A program made the position numbers and the translations under genes. The notes under the pieces were generated by a model. It made no database searches and was not told where the DNA came from. It saw only the letters and a program-made list of their open reading frames with translations. Of a stretch of 64,000 bases of DNA, positions 53,118 through 64,000 are shown piece by piece. This stretch comes from the human T2T-CHM13v2.0 reference genome, Homo sapiens: assembly GCF_009914755.1 (NCBI RefSeq), contig NC_060931.1. One strand, written 5' to 3'. The first letter of the stretch is position 1. The number at the start of each line of letters is the position of its first letter.

Positions 53118-55168
53118 CCTTTTTTGTTTTTGTTTAACAGGCAGAGAAATGATTAGATAATGAAGACGTTATTTATTTTTTATTTTCATAATAATGAATT
53201 AAAGAGGATCTTATGGACATTCTGAGCTTTCCCATTGTAACAGCCTCATTTATGGCAGACGCCATTTGCCTGCTGTCCACACCGTACTTAATTTGGCCTC
53301 AATCTGTATCTTTGGTGTATTAATCTCCTCATGATCCAGATAACCTCTTCTCCATTAACAATGGGGTTTTATAGCTAGGACAGTGCCTGGAAAGTTATAA
53401 GCATTATTATTTTCTATTATTATTATTTAGGAGATGTTTTGGGCAGCTTACTACATTGCACAGAAGCTATCTCATTTCCTAGGGACTTTGATGCAATAGT
53501 CAATTGTAAAATAGACTTTTCCAAAGTCATTCATTTCATCCATTCCTTTAAACACCTAATTTTTGAGTTCCTGTTATGCACAAGGTAGTCTGCTAAGACT
53601 AATGACAATGATAGGTGAATGCCACCCCTGCTATTATCATCTTTAGGGCTTTGAGAAGTTACTTGACTTTTCTCACTTCAGTTTCTTCATCTTTAAAATG
53701 AGAATAGTAATATTACTGACCTTGTGAAGATCCCCATGTTTATGCAATATGGGTATTGTTTTATCAGGCCTTTGTATTTCAGAAGTTTATAAGCCTCATG
53801 AACAGGAGCAGGGGACCAACTAGACAAGGAAAGAGGCAGATCTAGTCAACAAACATGTGTTGAGTACTTACTATGCACAAAGGCAGGATATCAATATGGG
53901 GGGTAGGAATTCAATGGTGAGTAACGCTGAGACATGTGGTGGGATTTTAGAGCACACATTTTGCAAATCAAAGAGAACTTGTGAATCCCTGTAACAGCCC
54001 TAGTGAAAATTGTTAAGAATGATTCTGGCAAGTCCCATATTAGCCATATACAAATTATCCCCATTATAGACTTCCCATAGTGTATATCTCTAGTATAAAA
54101 AGCATTACAATAATCACATTTAATCCTTGTTACATTTTAAATACGCATGTCGATGCAAATTACAAATATCGAAAGGAAAATGAAGACAGAAGGAAAATAA
54201 ATCAAGAAATTCATTTAGAGAAAGAAAAATCACAATATAAAACAGCCAATCTTTCTTGTTAAGAGCAGCCCTCACATTTCTAAATGTATGAATTGGTTTT
54301 GTGTTGACTGTGCCCCAACCCTGCTTATAGTATGTCAATATTGGGAGAAATCCATCACTGACACTAACATGGCAGCCCTCTGAGGAGTCAAGCCAGGGGC
54401 ATCTAGAGGGGCAATGCCCAGGCTTCACTCCCCCTCCTTTTGAAAGGCTCAGGTTGCCTTATAGTCTTCCATAAAAATACTGAGGGCTTTTCCAGGACTG
54501 CTCACTGTGTGATAGGAACTTACATCTATAGGGCATGTGGTAACATGCAACTGAAAGCTTAGATTTTTTTCTAGTGATGGGTCACATTCTACACTAGGTC
54601 CATCTTGCCATTGGTGCCCTGAAGTGCTTTGTCTAGGCCAACTGATGCAGTCCACAGAGTCTAAAGACCACTCAAACTACTCATAACGTTTCTTGTGGCT
54701 GCCCATCCATTCCAGTTCTAGGAGTAGTTTAGACCATGTTCATCTCTATTAATTATCTCAAGTCTTTATGCAGAAACAGCAACAAAAATAGGCTATAGAG
54801 GTATGAGAAGTGGTTTTGAATTGTTAGTAAAGAGAGGATGCAAAAATCAGTTTGTTTGTTGTCATTTATTTCAAGCTCAATATTAGATGCCAATGTTAGG
54901 GACTATCAACATACAAAGAACATTTTTTAAAAACACTCTTAATGACACCTTAGTCAAGTGTCCAGGTTATAGGAGTTTCCAGCAAGCATCAGCTAGACCA
55001 CACCTGAAGAATTATAAATAGTACTAAAAAACCAAAACATGGAAAATGAGGTCAGGAATTTGATAAGTGTCCAATATAATGATAATGAGCAAAAAGGAAG
55101 GAAGGAAGGGAGGGGAGGGAAGGGGAGGGGAGATGAGACCACTGTCCATGCAATAATCCCTTTCCCAG

Positions 55169-55984
55169 TGTTAACAGTTGAATTGTGTCCCCACAAAAGA
55201 TATATTGTGAACGTGACATGTTTTTGACATAGAGTCTTTACAGATGTACTCAGGTTAAGATGAAGTCATTATTAGGTGGGCCCTAATTCATTATTACTGT
55301 TATCCTCATGAGAAGAGGAAAGACACAGGGACAGACACACATGGAGAGGAGAATGCCATGTGAAGACCCAGACTCAAGGAGAACACCACGTTGGGAGGGA
55401 GGCAGAGATTTAAGTGATGTGTCTACCTTCCAAAGCATGCCCAGGGTTGCCTGCAACACCAGAAGCTAAGAGAAAGGCCTGGAGCAGATTTTCCCCTAGG
55501 CCCTTCTCTCCGTTTAAATTTATTTTTAAAAATTTTTTAGAGGTGGCATCTCGGTCTGTCACCCAGGCTGAAATGCAGTGGTATAATCACAGCTCACTGC
55601 AGCCTCAATTGCCAGGGCTCCAGCAATCTTCTCGCCTCAGCCTCCGAAGTAGCTAGGATTATAGGCATGCACCACCATGCCCAGCTAATTAAAAAAAAAA
55701 AAAAATTTCTAGAGATTTTCCTTTGTAGGAATTTTCTGTGTTGCCCAGGCTGGTCTCAAAGTCCTAGGCTCAAGTGATTCTTCTACCTTGGTCTCCCAAA
55801 ATACTGGGATTACAGGTATGAGCCACCATGCGTAGCCTCCTAGAGCCTTCAGAAAAAAACGTAGTCTGCAAACACCTTGATTTCAGACTTCTAGCCTCCA
55901 GAACTGTGAGAAAATAAATCTCTGTTGTTGGAAGCCACCCAGTTTGTGGCATTTTGTCATGGCAGTCATAGGAAATTTAATGCA
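55169..55984 (+). mobile_element. MLT1B/C LTR interrupted by AluJ
   Basis: tgttaacagttgaattgtgtcccc...ggtgggccctaat; resumes caccttgatttcagacttctagcctccagaactgtgagaaaataaat. Confidence 0.85.
55510..55837 (-). mobile_element. AluJ
   Basis: atcacagctcactgcagcctcaa...ggctcaagtgattct. Confidence 0.88.
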
Positions 55985-56127
55985 TTCAGCAATGCTGCCA
56001 GAGATGGCCATTCCCCTCTGCCAGCACATTCCTAATGTGGTGCCAGTCTCCTAAGCCAGTCTGATGATGTTGGACAGCTCCAGGCATTTGCTGAGGGCTT
56101 CCCAAATGCTGGGCACCACTCTAAGCA

Positions 56128-56167
<40 letters not shown>

Positions 56168-56451
56168 TTTTGAGACAGAGTTTCACTCTTGTTGCCCAGG
56201 CTGGAGTGCAATGGCACGATCGCAGCTCACCCAACCTCTGCCTCCTGGGCTCAAGTGATTCTCTTCCCTCAGCCTCCCGAGTAGCTGGGATTACAGGCAT
56301 GTACCACAATGCCCAGCTAATTTTTGTATTTTTAGTAGAGACAGGGTTTCTCCATGATGGTCAGGCTGGTCTCGAACTCCTGACCTCAGGTGATTCGCCT
56401 GCCTTGGCTTCCCAAAATGCTGGGATTGCAGGTGTCAGCCACCATGCAAGC
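56128..56451 (-). mobile_element. AluSq/Sp-like inserted in a MIR
   Basis: gagtttcactcttgttgcccagg; near-TSD cactctaagcacttt / cacactaagcacttt; MIR core continues at 56455-56640. Confidence 0.93.
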
Positions 56452-56850
56452 CCACACTAAGCACTTTATCTGCATTTCCTTATGTAATCTTCACAAAAAC
56501 CTATAAAATAGGTACAATTACTTTTCCAACTCTGTAAATAAAGAAACCGAGGCTTAGAGAGGATAATTAACCTGCACAAGACCACACCATTCATAAGGAG
56601 TGAACGGGAGGCAATCTGATGCTGCAGCCATGATACTCCACCTCCTGTAGAGAAAAGGGGAATGAGTGTGATGGTTAAGAGAACTGAAAGTAAGCCGGGA
56701 AGATGGAACAGAGAAGGAGGCATGGAGAAAGGTGAAAGATGTAAGCCCAGTCTTAGACTGTCCTTGTGCAGAGTATGAGAGCCAAGCTGTACATAGAGTA
56801 GACAGAGGGAGAGTCATCCACACCTCTCAAGTCAGAAAGAAAGAGAATGT

Positions 56851-57373
<523 letters not shown>

Positions 57374-57418
57374 TCAACACAGGGTAGTATATTTGTTATA
57401 CTCATGAACCTACATTGA

Positions 57419-57783
<365 letters not shown>

Positions 57784-59935
57784 ATTCTGTGGATTTTAAC
57801 AAATGTATAATGAAATGCAGCTATCATTAGAGCATCACACAAAATAGTTTCACTGCTGAAAACTATTCTCTGTATTCCCTCCATTCAATCCTCCCCTCCC
57901 CTCAACTCCTGGCAACAACTGATCTTCTTACTGTTTTCATAGTTTTACTTTGTCCAGAATGTCCTATAGTTGAAATCATAAAGGATATAGCCCTTTCAGG
58001 TTGAGCTAATTTTATTTTAGTGATAAAAAATGTTAAATAGTATGTAGAAGAATTTAGGGATGCTGACACTGTGAAAACAAATATATTTAATTACGCTCTA
58101 CTTGGAGTTTGTTTAAATCAGATGTAAATGATATTTGAGCTGATTATACCTTCTTCAAATGGAGTCTTATTTGAAAGTCTAGTATGAAGAGATATTAAAA
58201 TGGAGCATGTCTGGGCAAAGGGAAAAAGAGATTAGGAGTTCCAACAACTCCACACCTCTCCCCACGCCTCATCCTCCATGATGGACCTTGGAGACTTACA
58301 TGAAGCCTCCAGTGCTTCATGAAACACAGCATTAAAACCAGATTTCAGAGATTAGGACTTTAAAAATTTAGTGAATTTATAATAGAAGTATGATGAAAAT
58401 GTCCTTTTCTTCCATAATAAAATGGGAAGGTACATTCTATAAAACTGTCAAAGTTTACCTGATGTTTGATTTATGCTTTTAATACCTTCACATACACTTT
58501 CTTGAGTTTGTTCAATACTAATAGTCAAAATTCAAAGAAAATTAAAGTCAACATCTTTTTACTTGTTGAACACATTAAGTCACTGTGATCTACATGTAAT
58601 TCCATCCTCTCCAAATTAAAATTAAAATTAAAGTTGGATTGACTGGTATACAGATTACAGTTCATGAAGTCTCGTTATATAACCTTTGAACCAAAGTTTA
58701 TCTTCTAAACACGTAAGATAAATGTCAAACGGGAAAGTAAAAAAGATTTTATAAAGGAAAATAGAAGAACTGAAGGCACAGGATAAATCTACATGAAAAA
58801 AACAAAGAGCGTTTTTAAACACTTCTTCATGTGAATTCAGGTGATAATACAATGGAGTTATTTTACTCTTAAGACAGATTGACATATTTAAACATAGTTC
58901 TGATGATGTGGAGATGTCTACAGAATATATTTCCTCTCTAATTTAAATTATTTATAATTGCATAGTTAGTTACAAAGAATAAAATCAAATTAATTACTAA
59001 TAAATGCCAGAGAAACATGTTTAAATTGACATTCACTTCCAAAGTCAGCTCCTGCATAATCACCACAAATTTTTAATATTTGCTACAATATGACAATAAA
59101 ACAATTGCGTATATTACAGAGTAGAAGAAACTCCTTCAAAGATAAATATGCATTTATTCTATTTAGTTGTAGAATGATAAAGATAATTTTTTTAGAATGG
59201 TCTAAGGATAACTTTTTCAAGAAAAAAGATGAAAAATGTTCTGTTCCCCCAAACTATCATAAGCCTGCCAGCCACACCTCTGCCTTATCATATTCAACCT
59301 GAGTAGATGACAGTCGCCACTTATGCCATATTGAGAAAAACTCTGATGGTCTGATTAGATTCATTGAAATACTTTCAGTATTAGTAGCTAAATAGGGTTC
59401 TTTTTAAAGTTTAATTTAACCTAAGAGTTGTAAAAATGAAATAAATATTATTTTAAATATTGTAGAATAAGTCAAACACTTTTAGTTTCAAATGGATTGT
59501 CAAGATAACTGATGTACTCCGTAAATATATACATCTACTATGTGTTCACAAAAATTTTTTTAAAAAGAATTGGTAGGCATAGGCTAGTAAATTGACCAAT
59601 ATCTTCATTTGCTTAAAATAAATTTCTAAAACCAAGTTGTTCCTTGAGACATATGCAATATCTTCAGAATTTCATGCCATAAGATTAACTATACTTGATC
59701 AATAAACTTTGAAATTTTAAAATAAATACAGAAAAGTTCTTTCTCAATTCAGAAATAACTACTGATATTCCCTGGGTGACTTTTTTCTCAGACAAGTTAG
59801 AAAACCACCAATTTGACTAGATTGGGAAATTCCTTAAAAGGAAATTAGTGCAATGGCCGAGACCTTGACTCTGGGATCTCCTAAGTTAGAGTCCCAGGAC
59901 TACCTACCGATTATCAATTAAATATGCAGTCTTGG

Positions 59936-60294
59936 TGATATGGTTTGGCTGTGTCCCCACTCAAATCTCATCTTGAATTGTAGCTTCCATAATTCCCACA
60001 TGTGGTGGGAGGGACCTGGTGGGAGATCATTGAATTATGGGGCAGTTTTTCCCATACTGTCCTCATGGCAGTGAATAAGTTTCACAAGATCTGATGGTTT
60101 TATAAGTGGTTTCCCCTTTTGCTTGGCTCTCATTCTATCTTGCCTGCCACCATGTAAGATGTGCCTTTCACCTTCCACCGTGATTGTGAGGCCTCCCTAG
60201 CCATGTGAAACTGTGAACCCATTAAACCTCTTTTTCTTTATAAATTACCCAGTCTCGGGTAATTAGCAGCATGAGAACAGACACTCCTAATATA
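59936..60294 (+). mobile_element. THE1 (C/D-like) solo LTR inserted in a MIR
   Basis: TGATATGGTTTGGCTGTGTCCCCAC...CTAATATA; 5-bp TSD CTTGG at 59931-59935 and 60295-60299. Confidence 0.94.
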
Positions 60295-60831
60295 CTTGGG
60301 AAAATTATATAACCTCTTTAAACCTCAATTTCTCAAAGTGAGGGATGGTGAACAGCAGGGCGAGGATGAGAAAGAAGATGCTAGTGTAAGTAATAGTACC
60401 TCCTTCACAAAGCTATAATATAGATTATATGAAATTATGTGTAAAATGCATGTAACATAATCAGAAGTGTTAGGTTTTACTGCTACTCATGAGTAGCTTA
60501 TTTATTTATTTTTTCTCATTAGAAGAAAACTTTAAAGCGATGAATTGTCTTGGTGAAAAGTATTAGGAGACTCTTGGCTATGGGTAAAAATGTCAGAAAA
60601 CAATCTATAGGCTAGAGTCAGTGCAAAGGAAGTTATGTTTTTGGTAGCCTAATATAAATGTAGGTCGTGTTTCCTGATGTCAGCAACATTCTAAGAGGCG
60701 GTCAGTTACTCTCACACTTGGAACTGCTCTACCTGACTATGTAGTGGGTTTTGGGAGAGTCCTAAAAACCACATCTTATAATGTGTCTTCTATAAAATGT
60801 TCCACAGAGTTTTTTATAAAACCTTTAAATC

Positions 60832-61188
<357 letters not shown>

Positions 61189-61729
61189 TTATTGATCATG
61201 TGTGTCCATAGAGGCAAGATAGAGCAGTCAAATTGTGATGACCAGTATGAGCTGCATTTGAAGTTCAGCTACACAGAATTTTAGAAAGGGATAGAAGAGA
61301 TATTATTCACATAAATATTTAAAGACTAATTGGACACTATAGGGACAGCATGTAACATGGAGGTGAGGAGAAGGACTCCTCCCAATGCTTCAACAAGAAC
61401 ACAGCTGTGTAGATACCATCTAACGCTGCCTCTTTTTCAGAAAAGAATATCCTACAAACTCAGGTTTTACTATCAGTATCACAAAATAATAACATTATTA
61501 TGAAATAATGTGATTTAAACAATATTTAAAGATATGAAAGGTACAGTTTCAAAATACAAAGTGTTATACAGGTCCAGCCATTTAGAGATAGACTAATCCA
61601 TTATCTACTAACTTCTGGTTTTTGCAAATAGTATACTAGAATTCATCCTGTAAGTATTAAATTTTATAAATATCCAAAATGCCTGTATTTTGCCAAAAAG
61701 TAAAGCCACCCTATTTCAAATTTTTTAAT

Positions 61730-63885
61730 CTCAGTACCTACTTTTAGGTAAGCCCATTGTAACCACAAAGAAAATACATACAGAGCAGTGTTCCCCAGCC
61801 TTTTTAGCACCAAGGGACAGTTTTATGGAAGACAATTTTTCTATGGACCAGGGTTGGTGGGGGATGGTTTGGGGACAAAACTGTTCCACCTCAGATCATC
61901 AGGCATTAGTTAGAGTCTCATAAGGAGCACACAACCTAGATCCCTTGCACACGCAGTTCACAATGGGGCTCAAGCTTCCATGAGAATCTAATGCCGTCAC
62001 TGATCTGACAAGAGGCGGAGCTCAGGCGGGAATGCTCACTCGCCCGCCTCACCTCCTGCTGCATGGCCTGGTTCCTAACAGGCCACAGACTGGTACCGGT
62101 CCATAGCCTGGGAGTTGGGAACCCCTGTATAGAGCACATACAAAAGAAAAACAGAAAGAAAAAAAAACAGGAAAGGAGAAATGGGACAAAATAAATACAA
62201 GACAAACAAACAAACAAAAAAGGTTAACAAAATGGCAATAGTAAGTCAATAATTACCTTAAATGAAAATAGACTAGACTCCCCAATCAAAAGACAGAGTG
62301 ACTGAATGGATTTGAAAACAACAATGACAAAAGATCCAATTAAATACTGTCTACAGGAGACTCACTTTAAGTTTAAAGACACACATAGGCTGAATGTGAT
62401 AGGATGAACAAATGATAATCTATGCAAATGGCAACCAAAAGAGAGCAGGAGTGGCTATACTTAGAATAGATTTTAAGTCAAAAACTGTCATAAGAGACAA
62501 AAAAGGACACTATATAATAATAATATCAGCAGAAGGAAGGCTAATTCACCAAGATGTAACAATTTTATATGCACCCAGCATCAGTACCTCTAAATATATG
62601 AAGCAAACACTGATGGAACTGAAGAAAGAAATACAATATTAGAAGACTTGCATATCCCACTAAATAGCAGATAGACATTCAGACAGACAAATCAATAAGA
62701 AACTATAGACCAAGTGGACCTAACGGACATACACAGAACATCCCACCCAACAGTGACAGAATTCACATCCTTCTCAAACACACACAGAACATTCTCCAGG
62801 ATAGATCTCATGTTACGTCACAAAACAAGTTTCAATAAACCTAAGATTAAAATCATACCAGGTATCTTTTCTGATCACAATGGAATGAAATCAAAAATAA
62901 ATAACAGAAAGAAAACTGAAACATTTACAAATGTATGAAAATTAAATGAAATACTCTTGAACAATGAATAGGTCAAATAAATAAATCAAAAGGGAAATTA
63001 GAAAATGTCTCACGACAAATAAAAATGAAAACACAACATACCAAAATGAATGCAATACAGCAAAAGCAATTTTGAAAGAGAAATGTATAGTAATAAACAG
63101 CTGCATAAGAAAAGAAGAACGCAAATCAACAACCTAACATACCTCAAGAAACTAGAAAAAGGAAAACAAACTTAGCCCAAAGTTAGCAGAAGGAAGAAAT
63201 AATGTAGATTAGAGCAGAAATAAACAGAGTAAAAAAAAAATAGAAAAACTTGAAGAAATATTTTCTAAAAAGATAAACAAAATTGACAAACTAAAAAAAA
63301 AAGAGAAAAAAACTCAAATAAATAAAATAAAAAATGGAAAAGGAGACATTACAACCTGATGGCTTCAATGCTGAATTCCACCAAAAATTTAAAGAACTTA
63401 TGCTAATCCTTGTCAAGATCTTCCAAAAAATTAAAGAAAAGGGGATACTTTCAAACTCATTTTATAAGGCCAGCATTTCCCTGACACCAAAGCCAGACAA
63501 GAATATTACAAGAAAAGAATACTACAGGCCAATATCCCTGCTGAACATAGATGCAAAATTCCTTAATAAAATACTAGCAAACCAAATTAAACAGCATATC
63601 AAAAAGATCATACACCACAACCAGGTAGGAAGAAGGATGTTTCAACATAAATAAATCAATTAATGTGCTGCACTACATTGCCAGAATGCCTAGGAATAAA
63701 CTTAAGAAGGTGAAAGACTTGTATGCTGAAAACTATGAAACATTGATGAAAAAAATTAAAGATGAAAATAAGTGGAAAGACGTCCCACGTTTATGACAGG
63801 AAAACTTAATATCATTAAAATGTCCATACTACCCAAAGGAATTTAGAGTTTCAATGCAATCCCTATCAAAATTCCAATAACATTC
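61730..63885 (+). mobile_element. L1M (MA-like) ORF2 relic: endonuclease and RT fragments, frameshifted and deleted
   Basis: ORFs 62412-62642 (ANGNQKRAGVAIL), 62714-62938 (TFSRIDLML...FSDHNGMK) and 63334-63654 (PDGFNAEF...[20 protein letters not shown]) are L1 EN/RT motifs in broken frames. Confidence 0.92.
61786..62127. mobile_element. MER1B hAT-Charlie element
   Basis: cagtgttccccagccttttt...gttgggaacccctg termini; internal aaactgttccacctcagatcatcaggcattag; degenerate TSD tacagag / tatagag. Confidence 0.9.
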
Positions 63886-64000
63886 TTTTTTCTTTATTTT
63901 ATTTTATTTATTTATTTATTTATTTTGAGACAGGGTCTCATTATATCACCCAGGCTGGAGTGCAGTGGTGCGATCTCAGCTCACTGCAACCTCCGCCTCC
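63884..64000 (-). mobile_element. Alu (partial, runs off the window end)
   Basis: (TTTA)n tail then gagacagggtctca...cactgcaacctccgcctcc. Confidence 0.92.

Noticed and set aside
62412-63654. Endonuclease and reverse-transcriptase-like ORFs as a functional gene or novel RT system
   Set aside because: Frameshifted, internally deleted relics of an old L1 ORF2.

Overview
Primate (most likely human) euchromatic DNA, about 40% GC by eye and dense in Alu, L1, L2, MIR, MaLR/ERV LTR and DNA-transposon relics. It contains one real coding exon: 157 nt at 35567-35723 (+), with canonical splice sites, encoding (D)[51 protein letters not shown](W). I recognise this as part of the fibrinogen-like region of CNTNAP2/CASPR2 (exon 14 from memory). 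The rest of the window is the two flanking introns. The most interesting observation concerns the antisense-oriented L1PA7/8-like 5'UTR at the window start. It carries an ORF0 homologue in strong Kozak context that stays open for 168 codons across two antisense splice donors. Both donors are phase 1, matching the acceptor of the CNTNAP2 exon, so an in-frame L1-ORF0::CNTNAP2 chimera is possible on paper. Other candidates: a 49-nt cryptic exon with the same 1-2 phase as the real exon, a MADE1/miR-548-like hairpin, DUX4 motifs in THE1 LTRs, inverted Alu pairs, a (GGAA)14 tract next to a (GC)9(AC)16 Z-DNA tract, and decayed pentamer tracts. Repeat subfamily calls are by eye, and coordinates of old repeats are approximate. 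No prokaryotic-type system is present.
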